From a bacterium (lineage in GTDB: Bacteria > Bacillota_I > Bacilli_A > RF39 > UBA660): a DNA stretch of 37,102 nt. Below the pieces are notes generated by a model, which did not search any database, was not told the DNA's origin, and saw nothing but the letters and a program-made list of their open reading frames with translations. Location: positions 1 to 37,102 of the forward strand of contig CAVIUL010000003.1 in the NCBI GenBank assembly GCA_963645885.1, read 5' to 3'. A program made the translations under genes and the position numbers. Numbering within the stretch: the stretch's first letter is position 1; each line of letters begins with the position of its first letter. Positions 25,450-34,775 of the stretch are shown here, piece after piece.

Positions 25450-28006
25450 ATATTTTAAATTCTTCGAAAAAATCACTCATTGTTAATTGACTTTTAGTTT
25501 CTTTCTTTTCTTTTTTAACTTCTTCAGTCTTTTTTTCTTCTTGTTTTTCTTCTTTTGGTTCATTGATTTCTTCGTTATTTATTTTTATTTCTTTTAGTTT
25601 AGTAACTACAAATATATCTTCTATATTCTTTTTAGTTATTGTGCTTCCTACACTTTGTTTGTCCATTATATTTATATCGCTTGATTTCATATAACCTATG
25701 TCTCCATCAAGTATTCCAAATATAGTTTTAGAACTTGTATTGAATCCCTTAAATAAGTTATATGTTTTAGTTTTAGGACTCTTTATGATAGATGAACCTT
25801 TTTTAGCTCTTGTTGTTTTTGGTATTTCATCTATTTTTACTCTTTTAGCAGTATTTCTATCTGTGAATAATGTTACATATTCTTTTGAATTACTTACTAC
25901 GAATGCACTAATTACTTCATCTTTATCATTTAAATTAATAGATTTAACTCCACTAGTTCTAAGACCAACTACTGGTATTTCGCTTGTATTATATTTCAAA
26001 GCATTGCCTTCTTTAGTTATAACTAGTGTTTCTTCACCATCATTTTTATTAACAGATATTAGTTCGTCTCCATCTTTTAACTTAAACATTGTGATAGGTT
26101 TAGTGTATCTTGATACTTCAAAGTCTTTAAGTAACATTCTTTTTACCATACCAAGTTTAGTAAATGCTGTAATAACTGTATCATCAAATTTAGCTACTCC
26201 GATAGATTTAACTATCTTTTCTCCATCACTTACTTTAATGTAATTTGAAATATGACTACCAACATCTTTATATTTAGCTTCTTGTATTTCTCTTACTGGT
26301 AAGAATAAATAGTTACCTAAGTTTGTAAATAATAATACAGTATCTATATTATTAATCTTATAGAAGCCTTCAATGTAATCGTTTTCTCTTACTCCTGGAT
26401 ATTCATTATTAGTCATATTATATGATTTTAATGATACTTTCTTAACATATCCATTATTAGAGACACAAACTATAAAGTCTTCTTTACTAATCATATCTAG
26501 TGTATCTATTTTGATTTCACTTACTTCATCTTTAATAGTTGTACGTCTAGGATCAGCAAATTCTTTCTTAATACTTCTTAGTTTGTCTTTAATAACACCC
26601 ATTAGTTTTTCTTCACTAGCAAGTATTTCTCTAAAGTAAGCTATTTCTTTTGTAAGAGCATCAAATTCATTTTTAAGTTCTGTAACATCAGTATTAGTTA
26701 ATTTATATAGTTGCATCATTACGATTGCTTCTGCTTGTGCTTTAGTGAATTCATATTCATGCATTAAGTTTTCTATTGCATCACTCTTATTTTTACTTTT
26801 ACGAATAGTTTTAATTACTTCATCTAGTATATCAAGTGCTTTTATAAAGCCTTCAATAATATGTATTTTCTTTAAGTCTACATCTAAATCAAATTTTGTT
26901 CTTTTAGTTACTACTTCTTTATTATGAGCTATGAACGCATCTAACATTTCTAGAATACCTAGTGTTTTTGGTGTTCTATTAACTATAGCTACCATATTAA
27001 ATGCATAGTTTGTTTGTAAATCTGTATTTTTAAGTAAGTAGTTTATTATTAAATCTTTATTAGCATCTTTCTTTAAATCTATTACTATTCTAAGTTCATC
27101 ATTTTTATCAGATTCATCACGTACTTCAACAATACCATCTATTTTTTTATCAAGTCTTATTTCTTCAATCTTACGAATTATGTTACATTTTAATGTATCA
27201 TATGGTATTTCAGTTATTACGATTTGGTCTTTACCTTTTACTGATTCAAATGAATATCTTGCCTTTACTACAACTTTTCCTTTTCCTGTAGTGTATGCTT
27301 TTATAAGTGCATCTTTTCCTTCTACTATACCTCCGGTTGGGAAGTCTGGACCTTTTACGATATCCATAATAGTATCTAGTCTACAGTTTGGACTATCTAT
27401 TCTTTTAATAGTAGCGTCTATTACTTCACCTAAGTTATGTGGTGGGATATTAGTTGCATAACCTGCGCTTATACCAGTTGAACCATTTACTAAAAGGTTT
27501 GGAAAGTATGCAGGAAGTACTGTTGGTTCATAACTATAATCATCGAATGTAAGAGCCATTTCTACTGAATCTTTTTCTATATCTTCTAAAAGTATATTAC
27601 TTATTTTGGCTAGTCTTGCTTCAGTATAACGCATTGCGGCTGGTCCATCACCATCTATTGAACCATTATTTCCTTGCATATCTACAAGTATTACTCTTTG
27701 TTTCCATTTTTGACTAAGTCTTACCATCGCATCATATACTGATGTATCACCGTGTGGATGGTAGTTACCTATAACGTTACCTACAGTCTTTGCTGATTTT
27801 CTTGTTTCTTTGTCATAAGTATTTTTGTCTTTGTACATTGAATAAAGTATTCTTCTTTGTACTGGTTTTAGTCCATCACGAACATCTGGAAGTGCTCTAT
27901 CTTGAATTATGTATTTAGCATATCTACCAAAACGTTCTCCCATTATTTCTTCAAGGGCAAAATCATTTATCTTTTCTATAATTGTTGTTTCTTTTTCTTT
28001 AGCCAT
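25448..28006 (-). CDS. parC: DNA topoisomerase IV subunit A
   Basis: 852 aa. I recall GERFGRYAKYIIQDRALPDVRDGLKPVQRRILYSM as the Gram-positive ParC N-terminal signature rather than GyrA. Active-site region AAMRYTEARL. It has a Lys/Glu-rich C-terminal tail. Confidence 0.8.
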   Translation of the reverse strand: MAKEKETTIIEKINDFALEEIMGERFGRYAKYIIQDRALPDVRDGLKPVQRRILYSMYKDKNTYDKETRKSAKTVGNVIGNYHPHGDTSVYDAMVRLSQKWKQRVILVDMQGNNGSIDGDGPAAMRYTEARLAKISNILLEDIEKDSVEMALTFDDYSYEPTVLPAYFPNLLVNGSTGISAGYATNIPPHNLGEVIDATIKRIDSPNCRLDTIMDIVKGPDFPTGGIVEGKDALIKAYTTGKGKVVVKARYSFESVKGKDQIVITEIPYDTLKCNIIRKIEEIRLDKKIDGIVEVRDESDKNDELRIVIDLKKDANKDLIINYLLKNTDLQTNYAFNMVAIVNRTPKTLGILEMLDAFIAHNKEVVTKRTKFDLDVDLKKIHIIEGFIKALDILDEVIKTIRKSKNKSDAIENLMHEYEFTKAQAEAIVMMQLYKLTNTDVTELKNEFDALTKEIAYFREILASEEKLMGVIKDKLRSIKKEFADPRRTTIKDEVSEIKIDTLDMISKEDFIVCVSNNGYVKKVSLKSYNMTNNEYPGVRENDYIEGFYKINNIDTVLLFTNLGNYLFLPVREIQEAKYKDVGSHISNYIKVSDGEKIVKSIGVAKFDDTVITAFTKLGMVKRMLLKDFEVSRYTKPITMFKLKDGDELISVNKNDGEETLVITKEGNALKYNTSEIPVVGLRTSGVKSINLNDKDEVISAFVVSNSKEYVTLFTDRNTAKRVKIDEIPKTTRAKKGSSIIKSPKTKTYNLFKGFNTSSKTIFGILDGDIGYMKSSDINIMDKQSVGSTITKKNIEDIFVVTKLKEIKINNEEINEPKEEKQEEKKTEEVKKEKKETKSQLTMSDFFEEFKI

Positions 28007-29919
28007 TATTTACCCCCTTTATAATCATCTTCAAGTGTGAATTCTACATTTTCTTCTATCCATTCTTTACGTACTTCTGAGTCATCTCCCATTAGGACTC
28101 CTACTCTTTTTTCAGCTAATGCTTTATCATCTATTTTGATCTTAACTAGTGTACGAGTAGCTGGATCCATTGTTGTTTCCCATAATTGGTCTGCATTCAT
28201 TTCACCAAGTCCTTTGTATCTTTGGATAGTGTATTTTCCTTTAAATGTATCTTTGAATTCATTTAATTCTTCGTTTGTATTTATATATTTTTTATCTTTA
28301 CCATATTTAACTAAGTATAGAGGTGGTACTGCTATATATAGCATTCCATGTTCTATTAAGTCTCTCATCCATCTATAGAAGAATGTAAGAAGTAATGTTT
28401 GGATGTGAGCTCCATCATCATCGGCATCGGTCATTATTATGACTTTTCCATAGTTTGATTCAGTATAGTCAAATTCTGCTCCTACTCCTGCTCCTATAGC
28501 GTGAACTATTGTATTTATTTCTTCATTTTTGAAAAGGTCTGCTACCGTTGATTTTTCACAGTTAATTATTTTACCTCTTAGTGGTAGTATTGCTTGATGA
28601 CGTTTGTCACGACCACTTTTTGCTGTACCACCGGCACTGTTTCCTTCAACTATGAATAATTCGTTTTTATTATATTCTTTACTTTGAGCAGGTGTTAGTT
28701 TACCAAGTAGTACTTTCTCACGACCGCTCTTACCTTTTCCAGCTCTTGCTTCTGCTCTTGCTTTTCTTGCTGCCTCACGAGCTAGTTTACTCTTTAGAGC
28801 TTTATCCATTATAGCAGTAGCTGCTTCTTTGTTTTCTTCTAAGTAATAAGATAGTTTTTCATATACTATGCTTTCTACTACTGTTCTTGCTTGAGGAGTT
28901 CCTAGTTTACCTTTAGTTTGTCCTTCAAATTGTAATAGATTTTCTGGTATTTTTAAACTTATTATTGCTGTTAAGCCTTCACGAGTATCAGTACCATCTA
29001 GTCCATCTTTGCTCTTTAATAAATTATTACTTTTAATATATTCATTAAATACTTTAGTAAGTGCTGTTTTATATCCTACTTCGTGACTACCACCATCTAC
29101 AGTTTTAACATTATTAACAAATGACATTATATTTTCATTATATGTATTTGTGTACTGCATAGCGATATCTACTTCAATACCATTCTTTTCACCACTAAAA
29201 CTTATTGTTTTATGTAGTGGTTCTTTTCCTTCATTTACGTATTCTACGAATGATACAAGTCCATTGTCATAACTAAATACACTATGTTTATCATCTTCTT
29301 CATCGATAACTTCCATAGTTAATCCATTTATAAGGAAAGCACTCTCTTGCATTCTTTCACATATAGTTGTGTAACTAAATCTAGCATTTCCAAATATTTC
29401 TTCATCTGGGAAGAATTCAACTGTAGTACCAGTTTGTTTAGTTGTACCTATTTGTTTTAATTCTTTATCTACGTGTCCACCATTTTTAAATGATATTTCA
29501 CATATTTTGCCTTCTCTACATATAGTTACTTTCATCCATTTAGATAATGCATTAACTACTGAAGAACCTACACCATGAAGACCACCAGATACTTTGTAAC
29601 CATCTGTTTCGAATTTACCACCTGCGTGTAATACAGTATAGATTACTTCTGGAGTTGATTTACCTGATGAGTGTTTTCCAATTGGTACTCCACGTCCTTC
29701 ATCACTAACCCTAACACTACCTGTTTTAGTAAGTGTTACTGTTATTTTTTTACCATAACCATTGATAGCTTCATCTATTGAGTTATCAACAATTTCCCAT
29801 ACTAAATGATGAAGTCCTCTCTTATCAGTACTTCCTATATACATACCAGGTCTTTTACGTACAGCTTCAAGGCCTTCTAATATTTTAATTGATTTTTCAT
29901 TATATTCTGCCATAATCAC
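28006..29919 (-). CDS. parE: DNA topoisomerase IV subunit B
   Basis: 637 aa with LEGLEAVRKRPGMYIGST, LHGVGSSVVNALS, Toprim ELFIVEGNSAGG and IMTDADDDGAHI, and QRYKGLGEMN. The true start may be the third codon (ATG 29913), which has better spacing from AGGTGA. Confidence 0.8.
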   Translation of the reverse strand: MIMAEYNEKSIKILEGLEAVRKRPGMYIGSTDKRGLHHLVWEIVDNSIDEAINGYGKKITVTLTKTGSVRVSDEGRGVPIGKHSSGKSTPEVIYTVLHAGGKFETDGYKVSGGLHGVGSSVVNALSKWMKVTICREGKICEISFKNGGHVDKELKQIGTTKQTGTTVEFFPDEEIFGNARFSYTTICERMQESAFLINGLTMEVIDEEDDKHSVFSYDNGLVSFVEYVNEGKEPLHKTISFSGEKNGIEVDIAMQYTNTYNENIMSFVNNVKTVDGGSHEVGYKTALTKVFNEYIKSNNLLKSKDGLDGTDTREGLTAIISLKIPENLLQFEGQTKGKLGTPQARTVVESIVYEKLSYYLEENKEAATAIMDKALKSKLAREAARKARAEARAGKGKSGREKVLLGKLTPAQSKEYNKNELFIVEGNSAGGTAKSGRDKRHQAILPLRGKIINCEKSTVADLFKNEEINTIVHAIGAGVGAEFDYTESNYGKVIIMTDADDDGAHIQTLLLTFFYRWMRDLIEHGMLYIAVPPLYLVKYGKDKKYINTNEELNEFKDTFKGKYTIQRYKGLGEMNADQLWETTMDPATRTLVKIKIDDKALAEKRVGVLMGDDSEVRKEWIEENVEFTLEDDYKGGK

Positions 29920-29935
29920 CTAATCTCCATCTCAT

Positions 29936-29964
29936 ATTATACAAAAAAAATTAAAAAGTGTAAA
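29936..29964 (-). promoter_or_regulatory. Promoter of parE-parC
   Basis: TTTACA (29964..29959), 17 nt spacer, TATAAT (29941..29936). The -35 lies within the 3' arm of the upstream terminator. Confidence 0.5.
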
Positions 29965-29981
29965 CTTTTACTTTACACTTT
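29943..29981 (-). terminator. Terminator after the 30001..30729 membrane protein gene
   Basis: 10-bp hairpin aaagtgtaaa / 7 nt loop / tttacacttt (29955-29981), followed on the minus strand by TTAATTTTTTTT. Confidence 0.6.
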
Positions 29982-30000
29982 GTTTTACTATTACTTAACT

Positions 30001-30729
30001 TTATAACTCAATAAATTCTACTTCATCTTTTTTATCAAGCTCTGATGTGAATTTACTTGGTTGTTTTTGTTCTTCTTCTTTTTCTTCTTTAACTGGTTCT
30101 GGTGGTGCTACTTGTTCTATTGGTTTAAACATATCTTCTTGTGGTGTAGCTTGCTTTAATTTTTCCATACCAAGAATATCTATCTTAGCTGCTTTATATG
30201 GAGCAACTTCTTCCATCATTTCAATATTTGATTTGAATATTGAATCTACTTGAGGTTTTTCTTCTATTGGTGCACTATTTTCTGCTTTTATTTCTTCTTG
30301 TGTCATTAAGTTTATACTTTCACCTTTAGCATTATCAAGTGCTTTAAAATATTCTTCATCATTTAATTTATATTGTTTGTTTCCTAATGCTAGTATTGGA
30401 TAAAAAATTATTGGTAAAACTACTAATCCAATTTTAAAAAACTTTGAAGTATTAAATGCTGAACCTAATCTATAAAATAATATAGAAAGTACAACTACGT
30501 TTACTACTGGAACAAAAAACAATATTCCCAGAAATGTAGATGTTTCAGTTATTTCTAATAAGGTAAATAAATTTAATACTGGATAAAATGCTGTTGATGG
30601 TTTTTTTGAAGCTTTTTTAAAAACTTTACTACCTCCTACCATTACTAATACAGATCTAGTAAAGGTTAAACATAAAAGTATTATGCAAATTGTTACTAAA
30701 GAATTCACTGTTGAGGTTTCAACTACCAT
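30001..30729 (-). CDS. Membrane protein (possibly DUF5684-like) with acidic/Pro-rich C-terminal tail
   Basis: I prefer the start at ATG 30729 (MVVETSTVNS...), with AGGAGG 7 nt upstream. Four hydrophobic segments include FFVPVVNVVVLSILFYRLG and GLVVLPIIFYPILALG. The DUF5684 resemblance is from memory only. Confidence 0.55.
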   Translation of the reverse strand: MVVETSTVNSLVTICIILLCLTFTRSVLVMVGGSKVFKKASKKPSTAFYPVLNLFTLLEITETSTFLGILFFVPVVNVVVLSILFYRLGSAFNTSKFFKIGLVVLPIIFYPILALGNKQYKLNDEEYFKALDNAKGESINLMTQEEIKAENSAPIEEKPQVDSIFKSNIEMMEEVAPYKAAKIDILGMEKLKQATPQEDMFKPIEQVAPPEPVKEEKEEEQKQPSKFTSELDKKDEVEFIEL

Positions 30730-30832
30730 AATTTTTCCTCCTATTTTCATATATAATGATACAATAATTCATGATTTTTTGCAATAATTAATAGATTTTA
30801 GCAAAAATATTGATAAATTTGTAAAAAAAGTG

Positions 30833-30861
30833 TTGCATTATTGTAAAAAATACTGTATTAT
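30833..30861 (+). promoter_or_regulatory. Candidate promoter of the tRNA pair
   Basis: TTGCAT (30833-30838), 17 nt spacer, TATTAT (30856-30861), about 30 nt upstream of tRNA-Ile. Confidence 0.45.
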
Positions 30862-30892
30862 TAAGTAGTCAGCCGATTAAAGTGGCGAAAAG

Positions 30893-30969
30893 GGGCCTGT
30901 AGCTCAGCTGGTTAGAGCGTTCGTCTGATAAGCGAAAGGTCGATGGTTCAAGTCCATTCAGGCCCACCA
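30893..30969 (+). tRNA. tRNA-Ile (anticodon GAU)
   Basis: 77 nt. Acceptor GGGCCTG/CAGGCCC. D arm GCTC-AGCTGGTTA-GAGC. Anticodon stem-loop TTCGT-CTGATAA-GCGAA. T arm GATGG-TTCAAGT-CCATT. Encoded CCA. Confidence 0.95.
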
Positions 30970-30980
30970 TTTTATATTAT

Positions 30981-31056
30981 GGCCCGTTGGTGAAACGGTT
31001 AACACACACGCCTTTCACGCGTGCATTTATGGGTTCAAATCCCGTACGGGTCACCA
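30981..31056 (+). tRNA. tRNA-Glu (anticodon UUC)
   Basis: 76 nt. Acceptor GGCCCGT/ACGGGTC. Anticodon stem-loop CACGC-CTTTCAC-GCGTG. T arm ATGGG-TTCAAAT-CCCGT. Encoded CCA. Closely resembles the Bacillus tRNA-Glu as I recall it. Confidence 0.93.
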
Positions 31057-31066
31057 TTTGAATATT

Positions 31067-31091
31067 AGTTCTCATTTGAGAACTTTTTTTA
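31067..31091 (+). terminator. Terminator of the tRNA pair
   Basis: agttctc / attt / gagaact (31067-31084), followed by TTTTTTT. Confidence 0.7.
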
Positions 31092-31120
31092 TGCCATTTT
31101 ATAAATGGTATATAGTATAT

Positions 31121-31153
31121 ATAATAAAAAAGAAATGTAATTATTACATTTCT
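31121..31153 (-). terminator. Terminator of hisS (convergent with the tRNA terminator)
   Basis: Minus strand agaaatgtaa / taa / ttacatttct. The 5' arm contains the last codons and the stop of hisS. TTTTTATTAT follows. Confidence 0.55.
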
Positions 31154-32433
31154 TTTATTGTTTTAACTAAATCTTCTATTTTAACTAACTCTTGATTTCC
31201 AGTTATCATATCTTTTAAAGTTACTGAATTCTGTTTTAATTCATCTTCACCAATAATGATAACTTTATCAATGTTTTCTCTATTAGCAGTATTCATTGCT
31301 TTTTTAAGTTTTATATTATTTAATTCAGTTAATACTTTGTATCCATTTTCTCTTAACATATTTGATATTTCAAATAAGTTTTTATCATTTGTGAATGCAT
31401 ATACATACACATCATATTTCTTTAATGATTCTGACCATTTTTCTTTTAATAATGCATATATTGGTTCTAAACCAAATGACATGCCTATAGCTGGATATTC
31501 TTCTCCGTTGTGTAAGAATTTAGTTATGATATTATCATATCTTCCTCCACCACCTAGAGCTGACTTGAATTCTCCAGTTCTGTCAAATACTTCCCATACG
31601 CATCCAGTATATATTTCAAGTCCTCTTGCTAAGAATGGTGTGAACTTACATAAATCTAATCCTAAATCTATGATTAATTTATTTAAGTCATTTAGTTCTT
31701 TTAATCCTTCATTTAATAATTCTATATTACTATTTTCTAATTCTTTAGTTAATTCTTCTAGATTTAATTTAAAATATTCAAATACTTTATCAACATTTTC
31801 TTTTGAAGTGCATGCTTCTAGTTCTTCTTCAATATCTTCTCTTTTTAGTTTATCTAATTTATCAACTAAAGTTATGAACGCTCCTACGTTTTCTTTAGGT
31901 ACATTACAATATTCTAAAAGTCCACTTAAGAATTTTCTGTTGTTATATCTTATTTCTACATCTATATCAAATTTCTTAAATGCTTCTTTAGTCATCATGA
32001 AGTATTCTATTTCTGCATAAGGTGACTCTGTTCCACAAGCATCTACATCACATTGATAGAATTCACGTGCTCTTCCTAGTTTAACTGGACCATCTCTAAA
32101 TACTTTACCTATTTCATATCTTTTAAATGGTAATATTAATCCTTTGTTCATACCAATTACTTTTGAGAATGGTACTGTTAAATCATAACGTAAGCCTATA
32201 TCTCTAAGTCCTTGATCTTTAAATTTATATACTTCTTTTAATATTTCTGCTCCACCTGCATATTTACTTGCTAGTAAATCATAATAACATAATATTGGTG
32301 TCTCAAGTGGTAAGAAACCATATTTTTCAAATGTACTCTTTAAAGTATCAGTGATTTTATTTCTAATGATTTGTTCTTCTGGTAAAAAGTCACTGGTACC
32401 TTTAAGATTCATTAATTTAAAATCTTCATTCAT
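31144..32433 (-). CDS. hisS: Histidine--tRNA ligase
   Basis: 429 aa. N-terminal GTSDFLPEE. Class II core with FRDGPVKLGRAREFYQCDVD (a divergent motif 2) and GGGGRYD. A C-terminal anticodon-binding domain (VYVYAF...VIIIGEDELK) argues against HisZ. Confidence 0.8.
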   Translation of the reverse strand: MNEDFKLMNLKGTSDFLPEEQIIRNKITDTLKSTFEKYGFLPLETPILCYYDLLASKYAGGAEILKEVYKFKDQGLRDIGLRYDLTVPFSKVIGMNKGLILPFKRYEIGKVFRDGPVKLGRAREFYQCDVDACGTESPYAEIEYFMMTKEAFKKFDIDVEIRYNNRKFLSGLLEYCNVPKENVGAFITLVDKLDKLKREDIEEELEACTSKENVDKVFEYFKLNLEELTKELENSNIELLNEGLKELNDLNKLIIDLGLDLCKFTPFLARGLEIYTGCVWEVFDRTGEFKSALGGGGRYDNIITKFLHNGEEYPAIGMSFGLEPIYALLKEKWSESLKKYDVYVYAFTNDKNLFEISNMLRENGYKVLTELNNIKLKKAMNTANRENIDKVIIIGEDELKQNSVTLKDMITGNQELVKIEDLVKTIKEM

Positions 32434-32891
32434 TATCTACTTCTTCCCTCACTTATCTTCTCTTCATAAATTGAACCATTCATATAGTTCATATATAATT
32501 TTTGATTATAATTTTTCTTAAATTCTTCTTCAATAATTATTAATTTAGTAAGTAGTGCTTTATATTCACTTACTTTCATATATTCTTTATATTTTTTAAT
32601 AACTATTCCTTTTAATTTATTAATTTCATCTAGTACCATACCTACGTCGCCTTCAGTGGTATCTTCATCATTTAAAATACGTAACATAAATTTAATAACT
32701 TTATCTATTTTTTTATTTATTCTTTGTTTTATATAGGCATCTCTTAATTCTGGATCAACTAGTACTACTCTTTTTGCTTTGATAGTTAGTCCTGGAACAC
32801 CATTTTTAGGTTCGACTCCAAGACCTACCATATTTACACTATAGTATACTAGTTTCATATCTTTGCCATTTTTTTCTATTACGTATTTCAT
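32433..32891 (-). CDS. Hypothetical protein (152 aa) between trmD and hisS
   Basis: The N-terminal half looks beta-rich (VIEKNGKDMKLVYYSVNMVGLGVEPKNGVPGLTIKAKRVVLVDPE). The C-terminal half is helical and K/E-rich. GGTGG SD. TAATG overlap with the hisS start. I recognise no family. Confidence 0.55.
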   Translation of the reverse strand: MKYVIEKNGKDMKLVYYSVNMVGLGVEPKNGVPGLTIKAKRVVLVDPELRDAYIKQRINKKIDKVIKFMLRILNDEDTTEGDVGMVLDEINKLKGIVIKKYKEYMKVSEYKALLTKLIIIEEEFKKNYNQKLYMNYMNGSIYEEKISEGRSR

Positions 32892-32900
32892 TTTACCACC

Positions 32901-33560
32901 CTATAATAAATCGTCTCTATATTCCTTTGTTATTCTTCTTCTTTCGCTTTCCCTATATTCATTAATAAGTTTATGGTTACCATTAACTAGTACTTCAGGT
33001 ACTTCCATTCCTCTAAAGTTTCTTGGTTTAGTATATACGGGATAATCAAGTAAGTTATCATTGAAACTTTCAAATTCTAAACTTGTACTTGTTATAACTC
33101 CGTCTATTAGTCTTACTACTGAATCAGTTATCATCATTGATGGAAGTTCTCCACCTGTTAAGATGAAGTCTCCGATTGATATTAGTTCATCTGCTAAAGT
33201 GTATATTCTTTCGTCAAATCCTTCATAGTGTCCACATATGATTATTAAATGTTTTTTATCTTTTAGTTCATATGCTTTCTTTTCATTATATGTTTTTCCT
33301 CTAGGTGTTAAAAGTATTACATGTGAGTCCTTTGTTCTAATGCTTTCTACTGCATTAAATACTGGTTCACACATCATAATCATTCCACCACCACCACCAA
33401 ATTGATAGTCATCAACTTGGTTATTTTTATATGGTGTATAATCTCTAATATCTATTATATTTATTTCTACTTTTCCTTTTTCAATGGCTCTTTTCATTAT
33501 ACTTTCTGTTAAGAATCCATCAAACATATGAGGAAATAGTGTTAATATGTCTATTTTCAT
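32901..33560 (-). CDS. trmD: tRNA (guanine37-N1)-methyltransferase
   Basis: 219 aa with MKIDILTLFPHMFDGFL, VDDYQFGGGGGM and LIIICGHYEGFDERI. ATGA overlap with rimM. Confidence 0.92.
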   Translation of the reverse strand: MKIDILTLFPHMFDGFLTESIMKRAIEKGKVEINIIDIRDYTPYKNNQVDDYQFGGGGGMIMMCEPVFNAVESIRTKDSHVILLTPRGKTYNEKKAYELKDKKHLIIICGHYEGFDERIYTLADELISIGDFILTGGELPSMMITDSVVRLIDGVITSTSLEFESFNDNLLDYPVYTKPRNFRGMEVPEVLVNGNHKLINEYRESERRRITKEYRDDLL

Positions 33561-34036
33561 AAGAACACTCCTATATCATGAAAATGTATTTCTTTATTTT
33601 GCTTATCTATTTTAGAAATGAAGTCTTTATTAAATGGAATAAGTTTATCATTAACTCTTATATTCTTATTACCATTATCTTCTCTATATTCAGTTATATT
33701 TCCTACTAAAGAATTATCATTATAAACTTTCATACCAATTAATTCTTCAGCTAAGATTTCATCATCACTTAAATTTAGATCTTCTTCATTTATAAATACA
33801 CTTGCACCTTTATATTTAATAACATCATTAATATTATCTATCCCAACGAATTTAACCATATCATATTGTTTATGTCGTCTATAGGTTTCAATTGTTTCTT
33901 CTGTTTTTAAATGTCCTACATACAATTTGAATCCTTTAGTAAATACTTTATTTTTGAATTCAAAATTACTTAATATTCTTATTTCGCCCTTAAGGGCATG
34001 TGTATTAGTCACCTTTCCTATATATATAAATCTCAT
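33557..34036 (-). CDS. rimM: 16S rRNA processing protein RimM
   Basis: 159 aa with IGKVTNTHALKGEIRI and a C-terminal PRC-barrel-like half. It sits immediately upstream of trmD, the conserved arrangement. It ends on TGA. Confidence 0.85.
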   Translation of the reverse strand: MRFIYIGKVTNTHALKGEIRILSNFEFKNKVFTKGFKLYVGHLKTEETIETYRRHKQYDMVKFVGIDNINDVIKYKGASVFINEEDLNLSDDEILAEELIGMKVYNDNSLVGNITEYREDNGNKNIRVNDKLIPFNKDFISKIDKQNKEIHFHDIGVFL

Positions 34037-34048
34037 AATAATTCCCCT

Positions 34049-34774
34049 TTATTTATATAAATGATATAAGACTATTGATGCTGAAACTCCTACATTTAAG
34101 CTTTCACAAGCAGGGTTCATATCTATTCTAATTATTTCATCACACATACTTAGAATTTCTTCTCTTACACCATTACCTTCGTTTCCAAATATTATAGCAA
34201 ATTCCTCTGTTTTTTCAAGTTCTTCAAGAGATTTTGATTTTTTTAGAGAAGTTCCTACTACTTTTATATGTTTTTCTTTTATTTTGTTTATTATTTCTTT
34301 TAATTCACCAATAACTATATTTGTATTATATATCATTCCACCAGTACTTCTTAATACTTTTTCATTATATGGACTTACTGAATCTTTTGAGAAAATAACA
34401 GTATCTGCATCAAATGCAACACTTGATCTTATAATAGTTCCTGCATTACCTGGATCTTGTATATTATCAAGTATTACTATTTTATTTCCGATATCATTTG
34501 TATTATGAATCTTTGAAACACCTAAAAGTCTTGGAGTACTTTTTAAATCACTTATACTTTTCATAACTTCTTCAGTTACATAATCATAGCTAAAGTCATA
34601 ATTACAATTAGAACCTTCTAAAACATATAGTTCTACTAACATATGATTTTTTATTGCTTCTTCTATTAAGTTTTCTCCTTCTATTACAAATAATCCTTTT
34701 TCTAAAGAATATTTTTTAGTTAGAAGTTTTCTTATTTCTTTTATTCTATTATTATCTTTAGATGTAATAAACAT
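34049..34774 (-). CDS. TrmH/SpoU-family RNA 2'-O-methyltransferase
   Basis: 241 aa. SpoU motifs NIQDPGNAGTIIRS, IFGNEGNGV and SLNVGVSASIVLY. It has an N-terminal substrate-binding domain. Confidence 0.8.
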   Translation of the reverse strand: MFITSKDNNRIKEIRKLLTKKYSLEKGLFVIEGENLIEEAIKNHMLVELYVLEGSNCNYDFSYDYVTEEVMKSISDLKSTPRLLGVSKIHNTNDIGNKIVILDNIQDPGNAGTIIRSSVAFDADTVIFSKDSVSPYNEKVLRSTGGMIYNTNIVIGELKEIINKIKEKHIKVVGTSLKKSKSLEELEKTEEFAIIFGNEGNGVREEILSMCDEIIRIDMNPACESLNVGVSASIVLYHLYK

Positions 34775-34775
34775 G

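Noticed and set aside
25698-26243. 181-aa plus-strand ORF antisense to parC
   Set aside because: Same reasoning: it is fully nested in parC, has an S/L/F/T-rich mirror composition, and has no ribosome-binding site.
28006-29919. Alternative call of the topoisomerase pair as gyrB/gyrA
   Set aside because: The A subunit starts with the GxRFGRYxKYIIQxRALPD block that I associate with Gram-positive ParC, rather than the GyrA YAMSVIVxRALPD form. There is also no dnaA/dnaN/recF context. Residual uncertainty is kept in the confidence values.
31256-32020. 254-aa plus-strand ORF antisense to hisS; unusually long for an AT-rich genome
   Set aside because: It lies entirely inside a well-supported gene. 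It has no SD. Its Ser/Leu/Phe/Asn-rich composition is what the complement of a Lys/Glu/Asn-rich coding frame produces. I treat it as a shadow ORF.
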